From positions 153,424-217,423 of the forward strand of contig RDEW01000007.1 in assembly GCA_011109175.1 (NCBI GenBank): a DNA stretch of 64,000 bases. The letters are read 5' to 3'. The position numbers were made by a program, and so were the translations under genes. Shown one piece after another: positions 26,170 to 38,990 of the stretch; position 1 is the stretch's first letter; each line of letters starts with the position of its first letter. The DNA is from Dicyema japonicum. Its lineage: Eukaryota > Animalia > Dicyemida. The notes beneath the pieces are model-generated. The model saw only the letters and a program-made list of their open reading frames with translations, was not told the origin of the DNA and made no database searches.

Positions 26170-29097
26170 GGATACTGATCTAGAACCTTTATCCAATTTT
26201 ATTTTTATCAATCGTAATTAAGAGTTTTTTGGTTGAGGTGGTGACGTCCCTCTTTGAAAATATGTCTTCTTCGCGCTTAATTACCCGTTGCCCATTCTCT
26301 CTTGGTACTTTCAACACTCGAGGCTTGAAGTCATCACCAAAAAACATCAACTCGCACGTGATTTATCTATCCATGGTGTCAGTATTTGCTGCATTCAAAA
26401 GGCAAAGATTACAGCATATTCTATTACGAAATTGGATGATTACTACATGATCACTTTGGACTCTGACTGCCGACATTATGGTCTTGGATTTGCGGTTCAC
26501 AGGGATCTTTACGTTCACAGGGATCTCGGATCGTATTGCAGTCATGCAACTGAAGTTTGGAACAAAGCCCAACTCTGTTATTTCTATCATCAATGTTTAT
26601 GCTCCGACCGCTGTCCGGGCTGATGCCAATCCTGAAGAACTTGGTGCGTTTTACTCATGTTTGACAGGGACATATGACTCACTTTCGTCGTCATATCTGA
26701 CGTTTATTGGTGGAGAATGGAATGCCAGAGTTGGTAAAGTACGGAATGGGGAGACTTGTATTGGATCACATGCTCGGAATCGTCGAAATTCCTCTGGTGT
26801 CTCATTGGTTCAATTCTGCGAATCCTACAACTTATTTATTACGAACACTGCTTTTGAACACCCAGCAAGACATAAAACTACCTGGACTGGATCACGAAAG
26901 GACAAAAATGGCAACTTGATTAAAATATATAATCAAATTGATTATATCTTGTGCAGAAGAAAAAACAAAAACCTAATACGAAACTCGAGATCATACGATG
27001 GGCTTGAAACATCAAGTAATCACAAATTGGTGATCACTCGGTTCTCTTTGGGAAGTTTGTACAAACCTAGAAGATATGGAAAAACGGAATTCGAAAGATT
27101 GGATACAGAAACTCTAATAAACAATGAAATAAAGATGAAAGAGTATGGCGAAAAACTCAGAAAGGAATTAAGCAAGATGAATACAAACAATAGTGCACAG
27201 GATTTGTGGAATGACGTTGGAGTTGCAATGAAGAATACCGCGTCGTTGGTTTTGGGGACTACTCACAAAAACAAATTCAAATATAACAACGAAGAAATGT
27301 CATACTTATCTTCAGAACAAAAGAATTTGAGGATTAGAATTAATAATTCAAATATACCGAGTCTAAAAAAAAGCTAAGGATGTTCGCAACTCAATTTTAC
27401 AAAAATCAAAAAACTTCAAAAATATCAAGTAAAAAAGGAATTGGAGGAACAGGTCTATGAAATCAAGAAATATAAGAACGGATCCAAAATGTTCAAAGCC
27501 ATTCGGATTATTAGCAAAAAGAAACGACCAGGGAATATTGTTATTCACGACCAACATGGACGATCAGTATTGAATGTTATTGAAAAGGCGAACATAGTCT
27601 CTTCACACTACTATGACATCTTTAACAATAAAGAAATTGAAAACAAATCTCCAATAACATCAACGGCTCCTCTTAACTGCCCCATTATTATCGCGGAAAC
27701 TATCAAGGCAATAGGAAAACTAAACTACAGGAAAGCGACTGGTCCTGATAATATACCTGCAGAGTTAAAACATAGAGGTCCCGCAAACAGTAACCAATAA
27801 TTCTATTATCGGTCTTACGGAAAACCCTCTCTATCATTGTATTAAATCGAATCAAAGGGAAAGTCGACAAATTCTTATCACCTGGACAAAGCGGTTTCAG
27901 GAAAAAAAGATCAACCGCCGACATAGTATGGACGCACAGATGGTCTGGCGCTATATGTCAGAAATACAAAAAATGCATAGAAGTTCTGGGGATCGACATG
28001 AGTCGTGCATTCGACTCTGTACACAGGGGACTACTTATTAACATTCTGAATACATTTCTAGACACGGATGATGTTAGAATTATTTCCTTGCTCCTAGAAG
28101 ATACTCACCTGGCTGTCAAAATCGGAAATACCGCTTCCAATTTTTTTAAAACCACTCGGGGAGTTCCACAAGGGGATTCGTTGTCTCCTATTCTATTTAT
28201 TATTTATCTTGAGGCTGCACTGAGGGATTTCAGATTATCCATTAAAGGAAAATATTATAAGTTGATTTACGCAGACGATCTGGACTTTGTATCGGATGAT
28301 TCTGAAGTTCTCAAGTACATAAACGAACATCTTCCTAACATTTTCCAAAAATGGTTCTTGAAGATAAACACTGACAAAACGGAATTTACATCATTCAGCC
28401 GTGCAGAGAGGATATCCGACGAGACGTGGAGAAGACATAAGAAGGTCGGATCGCTCTTGGGGGACGAGGAAGATGTAGCTCGACGGAAAATCCTTGCATC
28501 TGGTGCTTTCAGAAGCCTATCTAAAATATGGAGTTCGGAAAGAAGACTGTGGAAATATAAAGCTTATGATATACAAATACTTTGTTGTGCCCATCCTAAT
28601 ATATAACTGTGGGACATGGGGTTTGTCTAAACAGGCAATGGAGTCTATTGACAGTTTCGACCGCAATATGCTTCGGAAGGCACTTAATATTCACTACAAA
28701 ATGAAGATCAAAAACGAACAATTATATAAGTTGAGCAAAACAGAACCATTATCCATGGAAATCAGAAGATCGAGATTGAGACTGTTCTGTCACATTCTGA
28801 GGATAGACCTGGGTGTCTTGGCAAATCACGTAATAGATGAATATTTCATGGAAAAAACAAAATCATTCCGAAGAAGGCCTAGAACAACCTTACTTATCAC
28901 GTTAAATGAGGACCTAAAAGCCATATGCAGGGAGTTGAAAACAATGGATGACCTCGATGAACTAAGAGATCTTGCGAAACGGAGAGGCCTTTGGATGCGA
29001 TTGATGCAAAGAGTGGCCGCCGCGGCTCAAGAGAACCTTAATTGACTTTTGTTTTTTTATGTGTTCTCGGCAGTGCTGATAATAATAATAATTAAGA
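26170..29097 (+). mobile_element. Near full-length RTE-clade LINE (APE+RT, several frameshifts)
   Basis: GTFNTRGL, INVYAPT, IYNQIDYIL (APE); MSRAFDSV, GVPQGDSLSP, YADD (RT); RRRPRTT; tail GTGCTG(ATA)n. Confidence 0.92.
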
Positions 29098-29586
29098 GTG
29101 AACAGATCTCCTGTGAGTGAATGACCATTACTTCACAGGGCCGACTCAAACAAACATTCATAAGAAAAAAAGGAATAATTTTTAGAAATACGTACAGAAA
29201 TCTCTTTAAATATAATTTTGGTTTGAAAGGAATTTTCCAAGTTTTGATAAATTATGCAAAATTCTTCTTTCTGGAGATTGAACATATTTACCCAAGAGGG
29301 AATACCTTTTATTTTTTAAACAACTACTGAAATTCAGGGAGTTGATTTTATGGAAATAATTAAGGAGGAGATGTTTGTGAATCAAAATACATCGTCAGAG
29401 TTGTCCGATAAACTATGTTTAGAACACAAACGAGTTATCTTTTAAAAAGTTATCATTATAGATTCTAGGGACACCCGAAAATGACTACATAAAACATTCA
29501 GGAAAGGTTCAGAAAACCTCATTCTTCAGGGTCTGTTCGATGCAAGTTTAGTGTGGGCACGTCCATCGGCGTCAGAAGGTCTAAAC

Positions 29587-31500
29587 CAGGGGTTCCCAAA
29601 CTTATTCAGGTCATAGTTGCCTTTAACAAACTTTTTAATAATTAATGTGAACAATGATGTTGCAAAAAGTTAGAGACAAGTTTCTCAATATTTGGGTTCA
29701 TGCTTGTAAGCCTAATTCGTAATCTCCTCTTTCAACAATGTCCAAGCGGTTTCTCCTTTTGGTAATTACCTGTGATACAATACTGAAGCCTCTCTCAACC
29801 AAATAAAGAAGTGGAGAAAGCAATAAAAAAACAATTTTGATTTTTTCCATAACATATTTTTCAGGAATATCTTTTTGTAACCAAAAATCTTGATACGACC
29901 TGTGGTTAAAAGTGGGTTTAATTTCAAATCGTTTTTTAGCATAATTAGTTCCTCTTGACAACAAGATTGAACGTCATATTCTGAAAGGAGTCTATTACCC
30001 AATCTGGAACTTTTAATTCACATAAATCTTTGAAACGTCCCTTCATATCTTGTTCTTGAATGCTCAAATGTTCAATATAAATTTCGAAATTATCTTCAGA
30101 AAGGAAGTCTTTAAGACCGTGGAAATTGGATTAATTCTTTCCTGCCAATATTCCTACAAAATAAAGGTAGTTTCGAACTAAAAGCAGAAATAAGTTACTT
30201 TGCCTAAATTAATTTAAAAATAATACCTTGTTTGAATTAATATCAGCAAATTTTAATTTCATTAAATTTAGCAAAAATATCTGTAAGTAAGCCTCATCAT
30301 GTTTAACGGATTCTAGTTCCGGGCCAATTTAAGAGTTTAAAGAGTTGAAAAATTCTACAACACTACTGAACAGAGAGAAAATCCACGCCAAATAATAGCC
30401 ATTTGATAACCACTATACTTCAGTATGTATTAATAGTCGTTTTTCGATACATAGCACCTGAAAAAGACGTGAATTTAAAGGGTTGGATTTAATTTTGTTA
30501 ATAGCAGAAATAGCTGTATTGAGAAAGTCATGTAGACGACCATTTGTAAGGTACCCCATCAGTTGCACATGCAACTATATTTGTTAATGGTATATCTTTA
30601 AGACAGAGAAATTCATGGACTTTGTCGAACATTGATTTCTCCTTTGTATCAGTTTCAAGCTTTCGAACAAAAAGTAATTCCTGTATAATTCGACCATACA
30701 TGACAAAACGTACATATACAAGCAATAATGTGCCATCCAGGAAGCATTGACTCATCTAATTGTAGATTGAATTTCGTATTTTTTAATATTAAACAAAGAT
30801 CGTTTTCCACATTGAAAGCCATATCATCAATACGTCTCTGTATCGTATTGTTGCTAAGCGAAATCGACTTAATAATATTCTGGGAAGGTTGGTGTATTAC
30901 TGTTTTCAGTACTTCATGAATTGATAGTATTATCAGTTCCTTCCCAATTGTGTGCAGTTTCCCCGACTTGGCGATAAGTAAAGCGATGCTATATGATGCA
31001 ACAACGCATCACTATGTTTATTATTACTGGAGAATACTTTCTTCAGGCTTCGTTGATTTTTTTGTTTCCCCCGATACTTTTGAAAAACCGTCAGCGGCTT
31101 GTTGGAATTATTTGGATGGACCTATATTTTAATAAAATACAAAAACCATTCGTAAATGGTGACTTAATCTAGAAGGCTTCATAGCCTCGTTAGAAAATGA
31201 CTTTGAGCATAATAATCAGCAAGGTTGTCTTTCATCAAAGGAAATGCGATGAAACCATATTTTAAATATTGAATATTATATTGACGAATTTTTTATTTAG
31301 TGTCTGCTCAATTGTTGAATAATACAAATACACCGCAAATCACGCTAGTGTCAATTTAAATTACTGGTTCACCATACTGAAATTCTATTATATTAATAAG
31401 ATGATATAAAATTTTACGAATAATTTATTATCTCCCCAATAAATGATTTACTCATAAACGCCCCCTTTAAATTTTTTATCGGCCACTTTGGGAAACCCTG
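29587..31500 (-). mobile_element. hAT (Buster/Charlie-type) DNA transposon, degraded transposase
   Basis: TIRs CAGGGGTTCCCAAACT and CAGGGTTTCCCAAAGT; 8-bp TSD GTCTAAAC/GTCTAAAT; IVACATDGVP and AYLTDIFAKFNE remnants. Confidence 0.9.
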
Positions 31501-31899
31501 GTCTAAATTATTCAGATGGTTCGAAACAGGGAAAAGAAGAACCTCATGAATTATAAGCATGTTGTCATTTCAGGTAATATTGTCATCAGGAGACTATGAT
31601 CGGGCACAAGAGATGAAAACTGGGGCAAAATAAAGAAGGAACTCATCACGTGATGGTTTGGTTTTTACTATTGTCTTGATGTTGCTAAATAAAGTTGGAT
31701 TGAATATCGTGTCTAAACTGTTAAAAGATAGATTACCATCCACTGGAATATTAAAAAAACTGATTGAACAAATAAGAATGTGAGATATTAATTTGCCATA
31801 CCTTTCAGAAACCATTGAACTAAAGAGAATCTTTTTACTACGCTATCATAACAAGAGAGTTTTGATATGTCACAGACAAAGTCCTATGCCAGGAGCTTT

Positions 31900-32750
31900 T
31901 AGCATACATCAGCCATAAATCGATAAAGTCGATCACTATAATAAAAAGAGCCATCGCGTCATTCTAGATTCACCCTTCCGCAGCCCTACAAGTCGCCTGA
32001 TTAACCTGATAAAGTCAGACGTGCCCGTGCAAATAACGCCAGACGTTTCAACGGAGATCGGTTGGAGAGCGAACCAGTCTACTATGCCCTAGTACTTCCT
32101 TTTCAAATTTTCAAAAGAGATCGCAGTGGAACACGCGTGCAAAGATGACTTAAGCGAATTCCCATTAGAGAAATGTCAATGCACATTGAATCCCAGCGAG
32201 TGAATCTCCCAGCGCTTTATCTGCATGACATTGGATATCCTGCTTTCCTGTCATTTATCCCACCGAATCGGCATCGGTATTCCAAGCAGACGTCAAGGCT
32301 TATCTGAAGAGCAATTCCAACAAGGATTGAATTCCAATCAAGTAGACTACCAACTGCACGTATGGGAAAGTATTGAGCTAGGACCCCGAATTATCAACAG
32401 ACGCCTCATTAGACATGTACGACGATGGATATCTGCAGATTTTCAAAGTTCATTTAGCCTTTTTTCAAAACGGATTTCATCCCGTTCTTTTGAAAGGTAA
32501 AGTTCTTGAGAACACCAGTTTGTTGTCCACTGCTATACAACCGTGTCAAGCAAAGGATCCAGACTTAATCCGGGGCAGGAACACAAGAATGAGTTGACCA
32601 AGGCACGACAGCTTGCGAAAGACGACATAGAGCTTCGAATTCCCAAATCGGCAGGATACCCTTAAACCTATTCAATCAAACCTTATAGGGAGCTGTCCTG
32701 GACAATTCAGTGCTATCAAATCGGATATTTAGAAATTTCGAGAGAATCAG
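31900..32750 (+). mobile_element. Highly degraded LINE RT remnant
   Basis: YDDGYL and LFNQT..AVLDNS-like pieces only. Confidence 0.4.
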
Positions 32751-33267
32751 TCTTGTGCAAACAAGGGACCTTGTCATAACAACTAACTTTATAATATTTT
32801 TAGGTCAAAATTTGAAATCAAGTAAAGTATTTGATCGATTTTAATTAATCTCTCATCTTACAATACCCAGAAGACGTTAGTTAATTAAGTAACCCCAGAA
32901 AACATTGGATGCTTGATAAGGAAGTATTTTTGGTTTAATTAGTGATGGAACTCAATCACTCCTAGTCTTAATTACATACGAGACTATCAGAGGATTACAT
33001 TCTATTATGTCATAGGCTTATTCCAAACGAATAATCTTATGCAGGAATACAAATGATTTCAATGGACGAATGTCAAGTGTGGACTAGATAATTTACACAA
33101 TGATTACCGAATCATCCTCAGATCTTATATATTTGACATTTGCTAATATCATAGTGTTAATAATAAGGAAACATCGACTATGTCTCAAATAATTTTAAAC
33201 ACAAGCACAAAACTAATTGATTATTAAAGTAACCCCCAATAATAAACAAACAAAAGATAAACCCGAA

Positions 33268-33746
33268 TCATGATCGAATATCGAAGGTTACACAAGCAAT
33301 AACATTATTATTCTCATCTTTTGCAACAACTTTAATCATAATTATAACAATCTAAAATAACAAAAATGTGTAACATTTCGTAAATTAATATTATATTGTT
33401 CATCAAAGGAAATGTAATAATTGTTTCCCTCAGCTAAAGCACAGTCTTTACAACAAAATTTTCTCTGTTCATAGCAAATATTCTTACGAGAAATAAAATA
33501 AGCCTTAATTTTACCAGTGAATGAGGTAGAATTGAAATCTAATAATATCACAAAATTACCAGCATGAAAAGTTAATCTTCCAGTAATCAGACATTTCCTG
33601 AATAATATTGGAGTGACGTTAATTAAATTGGTGATTGTATTATGTTTACCATCTAAGTATAATTATTTACTATTACTGCAATTCTGATATGTTATATTTT
33701 TACAAGTGACAATATAAAATAAAATGCTGAGCCCCGTCACATACAT
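33268..33746 (-). CDS. Secreted ML-domain (NPC2/MD-2-like) lipid-binding protein, about 137 aa, 3 micro-introns (24, 21, 23 nt)
   Basis: Spliced product MYVTGLSILFYIVTCKNITYQNCNG...KVVAKDENNNVIACVTFDIRS*: signal peptide, N-terminal Y..C and C-terminal D....IAC.....I pattern. Confidence 0.7.
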
Positions 33747-34559
33747 TTTTTATTTAAATAAATTTTGTCAAAGAAAATAAATAAAAATATTTTATTTTAC
33801 CAAGTATTAAAGATTTTATTAATACAAAATGACCATCGATACAACGACGTTAAAACTTTCTCGAATGAGAAAAATTGACTGATTTAATAACAATAAACCT
33901 CCCAATTGTAACTATTGATATCAACTAAGCTTTTCACCGATCATCGAGACACGTTCTGAGCAGGGTGACTTTTACTAAAAATATGATTACTAGTGCGACT
34001 TTTGTCAATAATGTCAAAAATTCATATGTTCTTTAAAATTGTTTAAAACTTATATTTTTTAATCAAAAATATTATATTAAAAAAAAGTCATTAAGTAAAA
34101 ATTTTGGGCAAAGTCAAAAAAAGGTCAAAATTTAATTTTTAGGTCAATAAAGTCAAAATGATTTTTATTAAATTTTTATGATATATGATATTCTTTGAAA
34201 GTGAACATAAAGTTTGTAAAACTTGTTTGAGGGTATTGGTGTAAGTTATTTTTGAGTTTTTTACATGCATTTATTATAGAGTTAAAAAATTGGTTTGATC
34301 TAAGAAATCGATATAAATATGTGTGAATACACAAATAAATTTACTCCATAAAAAAACATAAAATTTTATTGAACGCCGGTTATCCGGCTCACTGCCTTTG
34401 AGTCTCCATTAACAAAAGAAGTATTCCCACCGTTTCTGATAAAGTTTGTATATTTGAACATCCAGAGAATGAGCCTTCTCAGTCTCGTCTGAAAACGATT
34501 CACGACTGGATTTCCACAAATACGAGCAGAAGTCTTAGCTACAACAATCATCTGTGAAA

Positions 34560-35990
34560 TCTTCCACCGAATATTTATGGAAGCTAAGTGTCCCTACTGC
34601 GAAAAATTTGTTTCCACTTGGCGCGCTTCCTCTATTGTCACCACGTGGAGTTATATTCTTATCTGAGTAGAATTGAGCAATCGTTCTTCCAATTCGTCTA
34701 TCCTGCCTTCTTGACACCTCTTCTCTTGTCCAGGCCCGCTTCGAGTTATACACAGCATTAAATACATCTAATGGATATCTGGGAGCGTCCGCACTTGTCT
34801 TTGCTGTTTTTGTTAGCCACCGGTTTTCTTCATTCGAAGGGAATGGGGGAAATAAATAAATGAGTGGCGTTAAATCTCAGTTTGGCATACTTAATCTCGG
34901 ATAATATCTGAACTATGACTCTGGATGAGATTCTAAATGCAATTTCAAACACTTGACGCAGGAAGATTATCCCTGTTAGGATCCCAAAGGCCTGCCACCA
35001 CAATTTTGCCTCTGCTCCTGCTTCCTGTAACGAGAAAGTAATTCTCAATGATTCAACGAGATGATGCTTATCTTTTCCCAGGTACTTGCACTGGGCCTAG
35101 AATCGAAGCCTACTCTCTTACAAAAGCCGTGTTTGTCAAGTCTAATTAAAGCACAATTGACTATCTTGATGTAATCCAGGGAGGAATTTACTGCAAATTT
35201 ATACTTTCGAGGGCTCATTCATCGGTCAACCTTCCTCTGGGTCTGATAATCTTGTTCATACGCTAAAAAGATACTAATCGAGGGAGATCTAACTGTTTGA
35301 AAAGTGTGTACCGACTTTAGCCCAATGAATTGCTCCCCTGAGACAGTTTCTCTTATGAAAGCAAAATACCTTCCAATGCCAGATGATCTTTGTACACCCG
35401 TCTTTCATGAGTGATGCTCTCAGATCATATCAATTACTTAGAATTAAAGAAATTTAAAATGTTAACTTGCATATGAATGTGAAATCATTTGCTTCCATCG
35501 ATGTGGAATAAGGAATGATCGAATAAGGGAGGAGTTAAGTGACAAAAGGACGCCTCTAGGCAAGTTTCCTTTGCTGGCAACCGCTGCATTTTGGAACTCA
35601 TTGTCTCAACTCCCTGACGGGATGTCAATATTCTTATTTGCTAATGGTCGGATCCTGGTTTGAGATACTACGTGTGTTGATGAATACTCTAGAAAAATTT
35701 TTAGGCTTCAGTCTCGTACCTAGGTTATGCTTTTAAGCAAGTCGAGGATCAGAAGAGAATGAAGTACTCAAACATTTCGGAGGATCAGTTATTTGTCCCA
35801 TTTGCTGTTGAGAAGTCAAGAATCCTTGGCCCACAAGCGGAAGATCGTCGGATCAGTTCAATGATCCAAAGAGTCACCAAGGATTTACGTCAAACTAGAT
35901 GGCTTTGATAGCTTATCTCGATAGTGATTATCAGAGGAAACAGTCATTCAAGCTCCCTAATTAATTACTTATTTTTGACTAAATAAATTC
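34560..35990 (+). mobile_element. CRE-like non-LTR element, internally deleted (N-terminal Zn finger, pre-RT region, RLE end)
   Basis: KCPYCEK, IPVRIPKAC; 3' part LV*DTTCVD, FVPFAVEKS, ISIVIIRGN. Confidence 0.6.
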
Positions 35991-36112
35991 ATTTAAAAAA
36001 TTAAAATAATAATTTAAATATAATGAAACGTGGAATAACCTATATATTGTCAGTTTGTGTTATTGTTATTGCATAGAAATTAATTAAGTATTGATTATAA
36101 TATTATAGTAGA

Positions 36113-37207
36113 ATGGATAGAGTTGATTCATTTGACAGAGATCTGTCCAAAATGACCAAGGAGGAACTAATTAGTCATATTCATAAACTTGAGAATACTC
36201 ACCGAGATCCACCTTTAAAATCTCGTGCTAAACTAATGCGTCGTCGTGATAGAATATCCGAAATAAGTGAAACAAGACACGTGGCATTATTAGTAATGTA
36301 TTTTGGATGGAATTATGGAGGAATGGCTAAATTGGGATTGAATGAGGGTGATTTAAGTGTGGAATATCAAATTATATTAGCTTTGGACAAACTTGGTCTT
36401 GCAAATATGGATTGCATACTTCAAAGATGCGGAAGGACAGACAAGGGAGTCTCTGCTATTTCTCAAGTTGTTTCATTAAAACTTAAATCTAATCTAAATT
36501 ACAATAAGGAGTTCAACTACACAACCATGCTGAATTCAGTACTTCCAACAGATATTAGGATTTTGGCATGGTCTCCTGTATCAGAGACGTTTAATGCTAG
36601 ATTTTCATGTAAAAGTAGAACATATGTCTATTATTTCCCGCCAAATGGGTTTAATATTCAAAATATGAATAAAGCTGCTCAATATTTAATTGGGACTCAT
36701 AATTTTTCTAATTTTTGTTGTAAATCAGAAATTCAAACAACTGTTCGTACAGTATTGGAAGCTGAAGTGAGCATACAAGAATCATTGGCCCAATTTAAAG
36801 TAAAAGCAACAGGATTCCTTTATCATCAAGTTAGAATGTTTATTCACTGCCTTTTGTTGATTGGTAAAGGATTAGAGGATATTGACTTGATTCAACGTTT
36901 ACTGAATACGGAATTAATACCAGAGAGACCAACGTATGGTCCTGCCCCAGCCTTTCCTCTTGTTTTCTTTGATGCATCTTATCCGGAGGATGAGTTAAAT
37001 TGGAATTATGATTCATATGCCTTGGAGAGATCCTATTCACTATTATATAAGGAGAGAATTCAATTGGAGACAAAAACACAAGTAATTAAATTAGCAGAAC
37101 AGACTATTAAACAAAGAATATGTGATTCTAAAGTTATCGAGGATTTATCTATTTCCAAGCTATTCCTCAATAAATCTGGAAATAATTATAAAAATGTTAT
37201 TAAATAA
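36113..37207 (+). CDS. PUS3: tRNA pseudouridine(38/39) synthase, TruA family, eukaryotic PUS3/Deg1 type, intronless, 364 aa
   Basis: RHVALLVMYFGWNYGG, RCGRTDKGVSA (catalytic Asp), LNSVLPTDIRILAWSPV, ARFSCKSRTY, FLYHQVR. Confidence 0.95.
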   Translation: MDRVDSFDRDLSKMTKEELISHIHKLENTHRDPPLKSRAKLMRRRDRISEISETRHVALLVMYFGWNYGGMAKLGLNEGDLSVEYQIILALDKLGLANMDCILQRCGRTDKGVSAISQVVSLKLKSNLNYNKEFNYTTMLNSVLPTDIRILAWSPVSETFNARFSCKSRTYVYYFPPNGFNIQNMNKAAQYLIGTHNFSNFCCKSEIQTTVRTVLEAEVSIQESLAQFKVKATGFLYHQVRMFIHCLLLIGKGLEDIDLIQRLLNTELIPERPTYGPAPAFPLVFFDASYPEDELNWNYDSYALERSYSLLYKERIQLETKTQVIKLAEQTIKQRICDSKVIEDLSISKLFLNKSGNNYKNVIK

Positions 37208-38036
37208 GTTTTTATTTAAAATTAATATTTTTTTATATTTAGTAATAATTTTGACATTTTCATATTACCTTTATTAAATATTTAATAAATTTGGTCATTT
37301 CTATTCTCCACTCTAAACTAATGTTCAATGTCCAGTCTGATTACATCAACCTTTATTCATTGAGACATTCTCTGGGCACTCCATTGGGATGTCCTCTCGA
37401 CCTTAAATATTATAGATGTCCTCTCGACCTTAAATATTATTATGGATAAATTAGATTTCAATAATTTTAGATAGTTTTTTTAGGAGCGAAGGGATTTTCC
37501 ACTCATTTCTCTAGTTGCCTAGACCATAATGAGATTGTACGCGAATCGGTCGCATTGTTTTGCTTATAATTTAGCTAAAAATTATAAGTCATAATTTTTT
37601 ATTGTTAAAACAAAATAAACAAAAAAATCATCCAACAACCAGCAGCGATCATGAGGATCACCTGTTCGTGCAAAAATCTGATTCCTAGACGACTCAAGAA
37701 TTCAGAGTCACAGGTCCAAGAAAATTATACGATTCAACAGCGACTGGAACAAACAAAAAACCTCAGTTAGGATCGCGTACTTTGCCCGTTTGACCACGGA
37801 GTCTTCTCAGTAGCAGAACAGGCGGCCCTGAAGGGACGTGTGAATTATCGATTTAGTCCTGACGTTAAAAAGCTTCAGAAACCCTGTTGTAGATCATCAG
37901 TTTATATAAGAAACAGATTCACAACCATGAATTATATTAAAAAGTAAATTGACTCTAATAACTATTCTGACACACGTGTCAAACCCACGACCTGTTATCT
38001 ATTATAAAAAGAATTGATATCCACAAACTTAGAAGA

Positions 38037-38990
38037 CAGGGGTGTCAAACTCATTTCGAGGGCCGCATTATGTAATAATTTTGCGTCGAGGGCTGCATGT
38101 ATAATGAACAAAATAATAGAACCTTAATAATTAAATCACCACCCTTTAATTTTCTTTTTTGGATACAATTTTTGATATCTCGAGTTTAGCTATTCATGTA
38201 ATTCCTATTTTTATTATAGCGGATAAATTCATATCGTTTTTTCCTGGCGATGAGCAGCCGGTTCTGCTTAGCAGGCGATAAGCGATCTTGTTCTTTGAGT
38301 AGTTTTTGTCAATTTCATAAATGGAAGAAGCTGTTCACGCATATATGTCGAACCAAACATTGCAATGATTTTTGTCGCAAACTTTTTATAGTTTTTAAAC
38401 TTTCTAAAAAGATATGAAAAGAAAGCAGGTATTCCAACCTCCAAATATTTAGCTTTAAGTATATAATCTGATTGGACTTCCAATAGTTCCATTTGCAAGC
38501 TTTTATATGTTTTTCATTTCGTCTTTGTTTTGTCATTTCCATAAATAGAATTATTTCCGGTCTAAACAAATAAAATCTTTAACAACTTTATGAAGTGATA
38601 ATCAGAGGACTGGAGTGTAAAAAGGAATATCGCTGAACTGGTTATTAATATCAGCAGTTTACTAAACTGCTGATGATTGAGGGCATGATTTCTGATATAT
38701 TTACTGTCTTGTCGTCCAATCATATTCGGAGCACTATCGGTGTACAAACAACAAATTTTTCAACTCAAACCCATAATCAAAGAGAATTTGTAGTAGTTTT
38801 ACAAAGCAACATATTTACAAGGAATTGTTTGATGAAATCACCATCGCAAAATTATTTTTCATTCACCGCAAGCACTCTGCTGATTTCATAGCTTGCAGTA
38901 ACTGATGCAGTACTTAGATTATGATTTTTTGTGTGATGAGTCTGTAACGCAATTCATTTATCTTTAAAACACGCATTGGACCTTCTTGGT
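38037..38990 (-). mobile_element. hAT (Buster/SPIN-type) transposon, 3' part
   Basis: TIR CAGGGGTGTCAAACT at 38037; MFGSTYMREQ..FMKLTK..R dimerization-domain remnant; cut off by the adjacent RTE. Confidence 0.8.

Noticed and set aside
33180-33267. Hydrophobic extension after the ML gene TGA (FGFIFCLFIIGG...) as a readthrough membrane anchor
   Set aside because: T-rich UTRs give F/I/L runs by chance; no independent support.
21529-33270. Genome-wide UGA=Trp recoding
   Set aside because: LYAR and the ML gene end in TGA at the expected C-terminus, and the conserved Trp codons read elsewhere are TGG. Only CYC1 shows a clear case.
36113-37207. Bacterial truA by horizontal transfer or contamination
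   Set aside because: The N-terminal extension and motifs (RCGRTDKGVSA, LAWSPV, FLYHQVR) are of the eukaryotic PUS3 type, and composition matches neighbouring genes.
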